Virus record (IMG/VR): IMGVR_UViG_3300027734_000046
Coordinates: 62,001-120,190 of that record
Reading direction: 5' to 3' (one strand)
DNA from: an uncultured virus (IMG/VR IMGVR_UViG_3300027734_000046)
Lineage: Duplodnaviria > Heunggongvirae > Uroviricota > Caudoviricetes
Length of the DNA stretch: 58,190 nucleotides
In this document: one piece after another, positions 48,583 to 57,617 of the stretch
Numbering within the stretch: the first letter of the stretch is position 1
Layout of the letters: every line of letters begins with the position of its first letter
Notes under the pieces: generated by a model
Database searches by the model: none
What the model was told of the DNA's origin: nothing
The model's input: only the letters and a program-made list of their open reading frames with translations
Position numbers and translations under genes: made by a program

Positions 48583-49704
48583 ATGGTAGACGAAAAAGTA
48601 AAACAAGTTAATGAGATTATTGAAAAATTAGACAAAAAAGATTTTAGTCTATATTTTTTCACACTTGACACAAAGGGAAACCCAACAGCAGGAATTGCAA
48701 ACATTTATGAGCACGTAAAAGTATTAAATGAATTGGGTTACAATGCAAAAATTTTGCATGAGAAAAATGATTACAAATTAAGAGGTGATGAAAGTGGTAT
48801 GGGTATTGCAGATTGGTTAGGTGAAGAATATGCTGCACTACCACACGCATCAATCGAAAATCAAAATTTAAATGTTTCACCAGCTGACTTTATTGTCATC
48901 CCAGAAATATTTCCAACACTAATGGACCAAATTAAAGGATTTCCATGTAGAAAAATTGTATTATCTCAGTGTTATGATTATTTATTGGACCTTTTACCAA
49001 TCGGAAAAAGATGGGAAGCCGATTATGGTTTTGGACATGTGATTACAACTAGCGATAAACAAGCTAATTATCTAAGAAATCTTTTTCCGTCTATTAAAAC
49101 ACATACAATACCTGTATCAATACCAAGTTATTTCAAACCAAATGAAAAACCAAAAGTTCCAGTTATTGCAATCTTAACAAGAAATCAAGGTGATGCGGCT
49201 AAAATGGCAAAATCATTTTATTTACAATATCCAATTTACAAATGGGTTAGTTTTAAAGAATTAAGAGGTCTATCTAGACAACAATTTGCTGAGGAATTAT
49301 CTAAATGTTGTTTAGCTGTATGGATTGACGATAATTCTGGATTTGGAACATTCCCAATTGAAGCTATGGAGTGCGGAACGCCTGTTATTGGTAAAATACC
49401 AAACATGGTTCCTGAGTGGATGGAAACAATTGACGAGACTGGTAATCAAGCTATCAATAATAACGGAGTTTGGACAAACACAACACTTAATATCCCAGAA
49501 TTAATTGCAACATACATGAAGGTTTGGTTTGAAGATTCAGTACCATCTGATTTAATCGAATCAATTAAAAAATCTACTGGTTTATATTCACCTGAAAAAC
49601 AAAAAGAAACAATTGAACGCGTATACGGTCAACTAATTGAAGAAAGAATACAAGAATTTAATAACATTTTAAAAGCTCAAACAGCTGTAGAAGAAAGTAA
49701 ATAA
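48583..49704 (+). CDS. GT-B fold glycosyltransferase
   Basis: AGIANIYEHV...DFIVIPE...LRGLSRQQFAEEL...GFGTFPIEAMECGTPVIG. Confidence 0.82.
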   Translation: MVDEKVKQVNEIIEKLDKKDFSLYFFTLDTKGNPTAGIANIYEHVKVLNELGYNAKILHEKNDYKLRGDESGMGIADWLGEEYAALPHASIENQNLNVSPADFIVIPEIFPTLMDQIKGFPCRKIVLSQCYDYLLDLLPIGKRWEADYGFGHVITTSDKQANYLRNLFPSIKTHTIPVSIPSYFKPNEKPKVPVIAILTRNQGDAAKMAKSFYLQYPIYKWVSFKELRGLSRQQFAEELSKCCLAVWIDDNSGFGTFPIEAMECGTPVIGKIPNMVPEWMETIDETGNQAINNNGVWTNTTLNIPELIATYMKVWFEDSVPSDLIESIKKSTGLYSPEKQKETIERVYGQLIEERIQEFNNILKAQTAVEESK

Positions 49705-49713
49705 TTTAAAAAT

Positions 49714-50517
49714 ATGAAAAAAAGTAACTCAAATATCTCGGTAATCTTACCTGTACACGAATTAACCGAAGAAACAAAACCAATGTTTTTAAACGCCATT
49801 AAAAGCGTTGAACAACAAACTGTAAAACCTGATGAATTAGTTATTGTAATTCCAAAAGGTAGCGGTATTGCTAAATATATCAAAACCGTAGATTTCGGCG
49901 AAATAAAAGAAATCGTGTCGGTTGTTGAAAATGACGGTGAAACTGATTTTGCTAGCCAAATAAATTACGGTGTATCTAAAGCAAAATCTGAATGGGTTTC
50001 ATTCTTAGAATTAGATGACGAATATGCTAACATCTGGTTTAAAAATGTTTTAGAATACACAAAGGCTCATACCAATGTTGAATTGTTTATGCCACTTGTT
50101 GTTGATGTAGATGCAAATGGCTCATTTGTTGGGTTTACTAACGAAGCTGTTTGGGCAACTGGATTCTCAGACGAATTAGGTGTGTTAGATTTAAACGCAT
50201 TATTAATGTATCAGAATTTTAATATTGATGGTATTGTTGTTAAAAAATCTATATTTGAATCATATGGTGGATTTAAACCTAGTATTAAATTAACATTTAT
50301 ATATGAATTCTTATTAAGAATGACATTTAAAGATGTTAAGGTAATGACAATTCCTAGATTTGGATACAAACACGTAAATCAAAGACCTGGTTCTTTATTT
50401 GATAATTACAAAAATACAATTGACCCAGCTGAAGCTAGATGGTGGTTAAGTCAAGCAAAAAAAGAATATTATTTCGATAAAGATAGAAAAATAACGTATG
50501 AAACACAAAAAGTGTAA
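49714..50517 (+). CDS. GT2 glycosyltransferase
   Basis: ISVILPVH...AIKSVEQQT...INYGV...EWVSFLELDDEY...GGFK...EFLLR. Confidence 0.82.
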   Translation: MKKSNSNISVILPVHELTEETKPMFLNAIKSVEQQTVKPDELVIVIPKGSGIAKYIKTVDFGEIKEIVSVVENDGETDFASQINYGVSKAKSEWVSFLELDDEYANIWFKNVLEYTKAHTNVELFMPLVVDVDANGSFVGFTNEAVWATGFSDELGVLDLNALLMYQNFNIDGIVVKKSIFESYGGFKPSIKLTFIYEFLLRMTFKDVKVMTIPRFGYKHVNQRPGSLFDNYKNTIDPAEARWWLSQAKKEYYFDKDRKITYETQKV

Positions 50518-51246
50518 ATGGTTAGCAAAAGAGGACGCAAAAGAAAGAATGAAATGTATTTTGGTCCAGACGAAGAAAATGCCGTTAACGAATACTTAGC
50601 ATCAACTGATGATACCGAAAGAAACTTGATTTACAACAAATGGTTAAAAGAGCCATTGGATAAAATGATAGAATCTATTATTAGAAAATATAAATTATAT
50701 AGAAAGGGTGAAACGTTTGAAGATTTACACAGCGACACCCTTTCATTTCTAATGACAAAAGCACATAAGTTTGAACATGGTAGAGGTAAAAAAGCATATT
50801 CTTACTATGGCACGATATGTAAACATTATATTTTAGGATTATTAATCAAGGATGAAAAGTATATTAAACAAACAGCATCCTATGAAGATATATCTTCCGA
50901 CTTAGAAGAACGTAAAGAGTTAAGCTATGTTATTGATGAAGATGATTTTCAAATGGATGAGTTTTTTAAAAAACTTACAAATGGTATCAAGGATGAATTA
51001 GACGATGAGAACTTACCACCAAAAAAACGATTAACCGAAAATGAAAAAAAAGTAGGTCAATCCCTGATTGAAATATTACAAAATTGGGAAACATCGTTTG
51101 ATGCTATGAGTGGTGGTTCTAAATATAATAAAAACTCCGTACTAGAAACCATGCGAAACTACACCAATCTATCAACCAAAGATATAAGATTGGCTATGAG
51201 AAGATTTAAAGAGTTATACGAATTTTTAAAATTCAAAACCCTGTAA
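50518..51246 (+). CDS. Phage RNA polymerase sigma factor (T4 gp55-like, probably late)
   Basis: Sigma region-2-like FEDLHSDTLSFL...KFEHGRGKKAYSYYGTICKHY; helical C-terminal HTH-like segment; followed by probable structural genes. Confidence 0.7.
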   Translation: MVSKRGRKRKNEMYFGPDEENAVNEYLASTDDTERNLIYNKWLKEPLDKMIESIIRKYKLYRKGETFEDLHSDTLSFLMTKAHKFEHGRGKKAYSYYGTICKHYILGLLIKDEKYIKQTASYEDISSDLEERKELSYVIDEDDFQMDEFFKKLTNGIKDELDDENLPPKKRLTENEKKVGQSLIEILQNWETSFDAMSGGSKYNKNSVLETMRNYTNLSTKDIRLAMRRFKELYEFLKFKTL

Positions 51247-51270
51247 ACGTATTTAAAAATCTTTTACTTA

Positions 51271-51285
51271 ATATTTATATAAAAA
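51271..51285 (+). promoter_or_regulatory. ATATTTAT-type putative late promoter
   Basis: ATATTTATATAAAAA starting 24 nt before the ATG at 51295, the same spacing as at 24109 and 24094. Confidence 0.6.
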
Positions 51286-51294
51286 TATATTATC

Positions 51295-51678
51295 ATGCCA
51301 AGGAAAAAAAAACAAGATGTAAAAGTAAATGACGTTGAAAGCTTAGAGGGTTTAATGCAAGAAACTTACAATGATGCGTGTCTACAAATAAATGATGCTC
51401 AACGAAGCATAAATGAATTAGCATCAAGCGCCACACCACAAGATGTAGACGATTTAACAAAAATAGCTAAAGAAAAAGGTGGTCTTTTAAAGGTAAAAGA
51501 TTCTGCGATTAGAATTAAACTAGAATTAGCAAAACTACAAAGCGATATACTTAAAAATAGAGGCGATGCCGAAACAGCAATTCAAGAAAGAACTGATGGC
51601 AAAGCGTCTTTAAATGATTTTAAATCAATTAGGGAAATGCTTAAAAACGATAAGGATATTGAGAACCAACAAGATTAA
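51295..51678 (+). CDS. Hypothetical coiled-coil protein
   Basis: 127-aa helical ORF. Confidence 0.75.
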   Translation: MPRKKKQDVKVNDVESLEGLMQETYNDACLQINDAQRSINELASSATPQDVDDLTKIAKEKGGLLKVKDSAIRIKLELAKLQSDILKNRGDAETAIQERTDGKASLNDFKSIREMLKNDKDIENQQD

Positions 51679-51680
51679 TA

Positions 51681-53195
51681 ATGTCTAATTTAGTCAAAAA
51701 AAAGCAAATATTTGGTAACATTGCGGCAGACAGGACGATTACTGAGGGTATGCCAAAATTAAAGACTACCTCATCAATGCCATCAATTAATAACACTGGC
51801 AATGTGGTTGCTTTTTTAACAGATTTAATCAAGGCGCTTGATGGTTATGAAGAACTAGTAGATACTGTAATTGATACAATCACAAAATATCTTGGTACAA
51901 TTGAAACCGAGATAAAAAATGCGCTTCAACTAGAATTAAAAGCTATCGTAAGCTGTGGTGTCAACCCTAGCCTACCCGATTATATTAAATCAACAGGTAA
52001 CGGGATAAAATTTACTGTTGATAAGATAGATTTTACAAACATATTAAAAATTGACCCAAGTTCAACTGCTGGTGGACTTATTTATACCGATTTAACACCA
52101 AATCTAATTGATAGCAAAGATTTTAATACTTTTTTATACCAAGTAATACAAAATGATGGGTCTGTTAATGGATGGGGTCATCAAACAACGGGTGCTGACA
52201 TATTAACGTTTCAGTTTAAATCTGTTGACATTGCGGGTATAGACCCAAACAATACTCTAACTATTAAAGCGGCTCAATCATATGATAATAAATCATTAAG
52301 CGACATAAACAATAATTTTATAAATAGTGTGACACTATTTGATTCAGCAAAACTATTAACAAAACTAGTTGATAATATATTTGGTACTGTATCTAACCTA
52401 GCAAAAACATCAAAAAACTTTTTAGAGAGTAAATCAAAAACAAATTTTATTATTAATAAAATTACAAATACCGAGGGTAATGATATACTTTCAGACAATT
52501 TTTTTGATTTTTCAAATAAAGATAAAAAATTTTTTGAAGACGAAGCTAATTTATGGAAACAAGGAAAAGCCATATATAAAACATCTGGCGAATTCACTTC
52601 ACAAATATCAGATGTATCATTAAAAAATATGACCAAATCTGTTTCTGGTGCAACAACCGAAGCAGCAAAAAAAGATGCGATAAAAAAATCTTTAAACGAC
52701 TTAACAAATCAAATTACAAAAGCGTCAAATGATGCAACCAAATTGATTAACAATAGAAACAATCAATTAAAAAAATTAAGTAATAAACTTGATTCTTTTA
52801 GTAAAATTAAAATTGACCATAAAGCATTAAGCTTAAATTTTATTCAACAAATTATAAATGATTTTGTTAAAGTTATTGTTAATGTTTTATTATCGCCAAA
52901 GATTGTTACAATATTTCTTTTAAATTTTAAAATTATATACGGCCCAAACGAAACATTTTCAGACCCAATTGATTTTATCAAAAAAAATAGAAATTTAGTT
53001 AAAAATGTTGTAAAAAGAGTAAGTGGTATTATAATAAAAATATTATTAAAAAAAGTAATAAAAAGAATAACAAAGTTAATTGCAGAATCTAGACTTAAAA
53101 AAGAAATTGATAAAAACAAAGCAAAAGTAACACAATTGTTAAGTTTAGTTGGCGTTCCGCAAGATGTACTTAGACAAATAAACGGACTTATATGA
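51681..53195 (+). CDS. Hypothetical protein (probable baseplate/tail region)
   Basis: 504-aa ORF in the operon leading to the gp5-like gene. Confidence 0.7.
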   Translation: MSNLVKKKQIFGNIAADRTITEGMPKLKTTSSMPSINNTGNVVAFLTDLIKALDGYEELVDTVIDTITKYLGTIETEIKNALQLELKAIVSCGVNPSLPDYIKSTGNGIKFTVDKIDFTNILKIDPSSTAGGLIYTDLTPNLIDSKDFNTFLYQVIQNDGSVNGWGHQTTGADILTFQFKSVDIAGIDPNNTLTIKAAQSYDNKSLSDINNNFINSVTLFDSAKLLTKLVDNIFGTVSNLAKTSKNFLESKSKTNFIINKITNTEGNDILSDNFFDFSNKDKKFFEDEANLWKQGKAIYKTSGEFTSQISDVSLKNMTKSVSGATTEAAKKDAIKKSLNDLTNQITKASNDATKLINNRNNQLKKLSNKLDSFSKIKIDHKALSLNFIQQIINDFVKVIVNVLLSPKIVTIFLLNFKIIYGPNETFSDPIDFIKKNRNLVKNVVKRVSGIIIKILLKKVIKRITKLIAESRLKKEIDKNKAKVTQLLSLVGVPQDVLRQINGLI

Positions 53196-53641
53196 GTGAT
53201 GCTAACACAGAAAAAAAATCAGAATTTTCAACTGATGATTTAAATTTTAACTCTATTGGTAGTGTACTAGATTTAATATTATCAGCCTTTAAATTACAAA
53301 AACCTCCAATCGAGGCATTACCACCACCATTATTATTAGCTGGCGGTCAATTACGCCCAGGCGTAACCGCAACCGAAGTAGCCGCTAGAATAATATCTAG
53401 ACAATCCGAATCGGGTGCGCTTGTTGGTGATGTTTTTGCTGATGGAGATAATATTGCTCAAGCAATGGAGTTAATTAGAATTCAAGAAATAATGGACTCC
53501 CTATTAACCGAAGGCAAAATAGAAGTTATAATACCACCTGGGATACCTGTACAAACACTTGGAATTGGTAATCTCGGTGCACCAGTCGCTTCATTTGGCG
53601 CAACTACAACATTTGCATCTGGATGGGGTGTTTTACGTTAA
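53192..53641 (+). CDS. Hypothetical protein (probable baseplate region)
   Basis: 149-aa ORF with ATGA overlap; Gly-rich beta C-terminus. Confidence 0.7.
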   Translation: MSDANTEKKSEFSTDDLNFNSIGSVLDLILSAFKLQKPPIEALPPPLLLAGGQLRPGVTATEVAARIISRQSESGALVGDVFADGDNIAQAMELIRIQEIMDSLLTEGKIEVIIPPGIPVQTLGIGNLGAPVASFGATTTFASGWGVLR

Positions 53642-53651
53642 AAAAATTTTT

Positions 53652-53855
53652 ATGGAAAAAAATGAAAAAAAATCTTTGTTTGAAGAATTAGAAGAAAAAT
53701 CTAATAATGAAATTTTATTTGAAATCAAACAAATGGAGGCTGACCACGAAGCCTTAAAATTAAAAATGATAAAAGATTACGATAAATTAATCGAAATCGA
53801 AAAAAAATTTGAAAGAGCAAATTTAATATTACTTAAAAGATTAAAAGGGGAATAA
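53652..53855 (+). CDS. Small coiled-coil protein (67 aa)
   Basis: MEKNEKKSLFEELEEK...; ATG at 53652 is in frame with track ORF 53559-53855 and fills the gap between neighbours. Confidence 0.7.
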   Translation: MEKNEKKSLFEELEEKSNNEILFEIKQMEADHEALKLKMIKDYDKLIEIEKKFERANLILLKRLKGE

Positions 53856-53856
53856 T

Positions 53857-54822
53857 ATGGGTGCCGAAAATAAATATATTACCAACCTACCAACCGTACT
53901 ATCCGAAGTAAGCAAAGTCAGAACGGTTCAACTAGGTATTGTTGCAAGTGTTGAAGACCCAAATGGGTTAGGTAGAATAAAAATTAGAATTCCAGGCCAA
54001 CCAAACGTTGGCGGTGACGCTGATTCAACAATTGACGAATTACCGTGGGCAACCCCAATGGAATCAAAATTTTTTACCAGCCAACCAAAAGTTGGTGAAG
54101 GTGTTTTTGTATTAACATTTAGTAATCAAAAAGCCCATTCTGATAGATTATATTTTGGGCCGATAATATCACAGCTAGACAAATTAAATTTTGATTCATT
54201 AAATGTAACTGGTTTAAATTCTTTTACATTTGGTACAACAACCCCAAATGTTTCAATGAATAGAATTCCAGCAATAAAGGGTGTTTTCCCAAAACAAGAT
54301 GATATCTCGGTACAGGGTAGATACAACACTGATATTATACTAAGAAAAAATGAAATATTAATACGCGCTGGTAAATTTGTTGAATCAAAAGCCGATATAA
54401 ATAATCCATACCCATTTCAATTTAATAATACAACACAAGGATTTATTCAAATTAAAAATAATGTTAATTTAGTTAGGGATGGTCAAGATTTGGGTAGCGT
54501 AACAAATATTGTTGGTAGTAAAATCAATTTAATCACACATAAAGATGGTACCCCTAGATTTAATGTTATGAATCAAGATTCACAAGTTAGTGATGAAGAA
54601 ATTCTAAACATTCTTGAAAATGCACACCCACTACCATTTGGCGATTTACTTGTTGAATATTTAAGACTCCTAAAAAATGCGTTTTTAAACCACGTACACA
54701 ATTACCATGGCATACCACCAACCGATTTAACCGTCGGAGTAACACTTCCAGTTAAAGAATTTAATGATAAAGCTGAAGACCTAGAAAGTAGAATGTTATC
54801 GAAGAATATCCGCATAAATTAA
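53857..54822 (+). CDS. Baseplate hub/spike protein, gp5/VgrG-type OB fold
   Basis: GIVASVEDPNGLGRIKIRIP...LPWA...PKVGEGVFV...RLYFG; C-terminal HVHNYHG; indicates a contractile tail. Confidence 0.8.
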   Translation: MGAENKYITNLPTVLSEVSKVRTVQLGIVASVEDPNGLGRIKIRIPGQPNVGGDADSTIDELPWATPMESKFFTSQPKVGEGVFVLTFSNQKAHSDRLYFGPIISQLDKLNFDSLNVTGLNSFTFGTTTPNVSMNRIPAIKGVFPKQDDISVQGRYNTDIILRKNEILIRAGKFVESKADINNPYPFQFNNTTQGFIQIKNNVNLVRDGQDLGSVTNIVGSKINLITHKDGTPRFNVMNQDSQVSDEEILNILENAHPLPFGDLLVEYLRLLKNAFLNHVHNYHGIPPTDLTVGVTLPVKEFNDKAEDLESRMLSKNIRIN

Positions 54823-54851
54823 TATTACCAGATATTTATTAATAAAAAGAA

Positions 54852-56258
54852 ATGGTAATTAGAACATTTTTCGACAAGAATAATACCATAGTTAGAAATG
54901 AAGTTGTTAATACAGCTAGAAACCCAGTAACCGAATTATTTTACGGTGGGCCTACTGGTGAAAACAAATATAGCCGTTACTTATTTCATTTTGATGAAAC
55001 TAGATTAGTCAACATGTATGATAATGGTACATTTACTGATTTAACTAAACTAAAACACACATTAAAACTAACTAATACAGCGTCATTTGACGAAGGGTTA
55101 TTAAATGGTTCGTATCAATCAAAAGAAAGAGCGTGCTCATTCGACCTAATTGTTTTTAAAGTGGGTCAAGAGTGGGACGAAGGTGTTGGTTATGACTATT
55201 TATCCTGTAACCTGCTAACTGGCGATTGTGCTATATCAACAAAACCATCAACATGGGTTAATCCACAAACTGGTATAGTTTGGACTGGCGGTTCTGGTGT
55301 CTACTCAGGTTCACCAAGTGGGTTAACAATTGCAACACAACATTTTGATTTAGGTAATGAAAACCTAGAAGTTGATATTACAGATTACGTTAATGGTGTT
55401 ATGACAGGAAACACAAATAATGGACTAGGTATAGCATACGCTCTCCCGTTTGAAATAACAAGTACACAAAATATGCAATACGTTGGTTTTTTTACCAAAT
55501 ATACACAAACATTTTACGAGCCATACATTGAAACCATATATAGCAATTACATAACAGACGATAGAAATAATTTCTTTTTGGATAAACCAAATAAACTTTA
55601 TCTATACGTTAACGTAGCTGGAAACCCAACAAATTTAGATAACCTACCAACAGTATCAATACTTGACGAAAACGGTGTAGCGTATACCTTTATTGAATCA
55701 TCTGGTGTAACGCACGTAACAAAAGGTGTTTATTCAGTTGATTTAACAATTCCATCTGGGGATGGTGAAATAGGAACATTATTTAATGATGTTTGGCAGG
55801 ATTTAGTAATCAACGGGGTTTCTAGACCAGATGTTAATCTCTATTTTGAATTAAAAGATAGTTTTGGTTATTATAACCTAGGCGACAGTGATTCGTTACC
55901 GAAAAAAGTAGCTGTATCGATATCTGGGGTTAGAAACCAAGAAAAAATAAAAAGGGGTGACACTAGAAAAGTAATTGTATCAACTAGAATACCATATACC
56001 ATAGAACAAACACAAAACATATCAAATATAAAATATAGAATATATGTAACCGAAGGTAAAAATGAACTAACCGTAGTTGATTTTCAACCTGTTGAACTAG
56101 CATCTAATTATAATTATTTCTTATTAGACACCCTAAGCCTAATTCCAAATGTATATTATTTAGATATGTTAGTTGAATCTAATTTAGAGGTAACAACGTT
56201 AAAAAATGTTTTAAATTTTACTATTGTTAGCGAATCAAACTTAAGACAATCACAATGA
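54852..56258 (+). CDS. Probable virion structural protein
   Basis: SRYLFHFD...WDEGVG...DITDYVN...NNGLGI...EPYIE (DNRLRE-like beta-sandwich) plus Ig-like C-terminus; GATATTTAT at 54831. Confidence 0.6.
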   Translation: MVIRTFFDKNNTIVRNEVVNTARNPVTELFYGGPTGENKYSRYLFHFDETRLVNMYDNGTFTDLTKLKHTLKLTNTASFDEGLLNGSYQSKERACSFDLIVFKVGQEWDEGVGYDYLSCNLLTGDCAISTKPSTWVNPQTGIVWTGGSGVYSGSPSGLTIATQHFDLGNENLEVDITDYVNGVMTGNTNNGLGIAYALPFEITSTQNMQYVGFFTKYTQTFYEPYIETIYSNYITDDRNNFFLDKPNKLYLYVNVAGNPTNLDNLPTVSILDENGVAYTFIESSGVTHVTKGVYSVDLTIPSGDGEIGTLFNDVWQDLVINGVSRPDVNLYFELKDSFGYYNLGDSDSLPKKVAVSISGVRNQEKIKRGDTRKVIVSTRIPYTIEQTQNISNIKYRIYVTEGKNELTVVDFQPVELASNYNYFLLDTLSLIPNVYYLDMLVESNLEVTTLKNVLNFTIVSESNLRQSQ

Positions 56259-56608
56259 TGAAAGAATTTATAAGAGAAAACTTAAGACTTAATACCCTTA
56301 TTACAGAGAAAATAATTGACGGCCAAAAAATGAATCCGCAATTACAAACATTATGTAACACAATGAGTGTGAGAAGTTACCATGAAGTTTTGGGTAGACT
56401 CATTGCTGCTATTGGACACCCAGAAGAAAACCATGAATTATGGGCTAAGATAAAAAAACCCCTAGATATGCTTGAAAAAGCTAGCAAAGATTTAAATAAA
56501 GAAAAAAAAGAAAATGGTATGACAGGTGATTCAGAAGTAGACGAAGCAAATACTTGGTGGTCCGCAATACAATCAACTCTTTGTGAACAAGGTCCAGAAT
56601 TTCAATAA
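56255..56608 (+). CDS. Hypothetical protein
   Basis: 117-aa ORF; N-terminus MMKEFIRENLRLNTLITE. Confidence 0.7.
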   Translation: MMKEFIRENLRLNTLITEKIIDGQKMNPQLQTLCNTMSVRSYHEVLGRLIAAIGHPEENHELWAKIKKPLDMLEKASKDLNKEKKENGMTGDSEVDEANTWWSAIQSTLCEQGPEFQ

Positions 56609-56613
56609 TTAAC

Positions 56614-56644
56614 TTTACATTTTTTTATTTTTTATTATATTTAT
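56614..56644 (+). promoter_or_regulatory. Promoter for the zinc-ribbon gene
   Basis: TTTACA-16 nt-TATATT, overlapping ATATTTAT (56637-56644). Confidence 0.5.
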
Positions 56645-56661
56645 TTTATACGTTAACTCAC

Positions 56662-56717
56662 GTATTGGTATCGAGCTATAAGCTTTAGAGTTGTCTAGGC
56701 AACAAAGATATTAGTAC
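56662..56717 (+). ncRNA. Candidate structured 5' leader RNA (three-way junction)
   Basis: P1 GTATTGGTATC/GATATTAGTAC (11 bp, 3 G-U); P2 GAGCT-ata-AGCTT; P3 GTTGT-ctag-GCAAC; locally GC-richer than other intergenic DNA. Confidence 0.5.
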
Positions 56718-56747
56718 ATAATAACAAAAATTAAAAGTTAAAAAAAA

Positions 56748-57590
56748 ATGAAAAGAAGAATCTCTATCGGGGAACCGATATCTAATCCTACAGCACAAAT
56801 CTGTATCAACAAATCCAGACTTAAAGTCTACAACAAAGAAACCTCACCAACTTATTATTTAGAAAAAGGACAAGAGTTTCAAATCGAATTATTCAATCCA
56901 ACAAAAAACACACTTTTAGCAAAAATCCAATTAAATGGAAAAGCTATATCACAAGGTGGTTTGGTGTTAAAGCCTGGCCAACGCGTGTTTTTAGAACGCT
57001 ATTTAGATGTTGCTAAAAAATTCATGTTTGACACATACGAAGTATCAAATACAGAAGAAGTTAAAAAAGCCATCGAAGACAACGGCGATTTTAAAGTTGA
57101 ATTTTATAAAGAATCTAATCCAACCCTTGTATATGGTACGGTAACAACATATAATACAAACAATCGATTTACACTAACTGATAATTTTAATACTACAGCT
57201 CCTAATAATTACCTTAATCTTACTGGTAATATTACAAATACAACTTCGACGTATAGCTCTGGTATTGTAAATTGTAGTAATAGCTTTACTAATAATGTAA
57301 CCAATGATAGCTTTGAACCTATACAACAAAAACCAAGACTTAGAAAAAGCTTAACCAAAAGCATAGAAACTGGTCGTGTTGAAGCTGGAAGTAGTTCAGA
57401 CCAAAAATTTGAATATGTAAACAAAAGTTTTGATTACTACGCATTTCACACCGTAGAATGTAAACTACTACCAATATCACAAAAAATAAATACGGCAGAA
57501 GATATCAACGTAAAAAGATATTGCACAAACTGTGGGACAAAACAAAAACCAGAATTTAAATTTTGTCCTAGCTGCGGAGAAAAATGCTAA
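56748..57590 (+). CDS. Protein with C-terminal double zinc ribbon
   Basis: YCTNCG...FCPSCG at the C-terminus; N-terminal beta domain; T/N-rich linker. Confidence 0.8.
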   Translation: MKRRISIGEPISNPTAQICINKSRLKVYNKETSPTYYLEKGQEFQIELFNPTKNTLLAKIQLNGKAISQGGLVLKPGQRVFLERYLDVAKKFMFDTYEVSNTEEVKKAIEDNGDFKVEFYKESNPTLVYGTVTTYNTNNRFTLTDNFNTTAPNNYLNLTGNITNTTSTYSSGIVNCSNSFTNNVTNDSFEPIQQKPRLRKSLTKSIETGRVEAGSSSDQKFEYVNKSFDYYAFHTVECKLLPISQKINTAEDINVKRYCTNCGTKQKPEFKFCPSCGEKC

Positions 57591-57617
57591 AATAATAACT
57601 AGAGTTAACGTATTAAA

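Noticed and set aside
26582..50517. Bacterial O-antigen or capsule locus (host chromosome or chimeric contig)
   Set aside because: No flippase, polymerase or transporter; interleaved with phage-type dut, phoH and sigma genes and flanked by virion genes on both sides.
53559..53651. Track start for ORF 53559-53855
   Set aside because: Non-ATG start overlapping the previous gene; the ATG at 53652 fits the intergenic gap.
56662..56717. tRNA, hammerhead ribozyme or known riboswitch identity for the leader
   Set aside because: No T-loop/anticodon cloverleaf, no CUGANGA/GAAA core and no aptamer consensus that I recognise; kept only as an unassigned structure.
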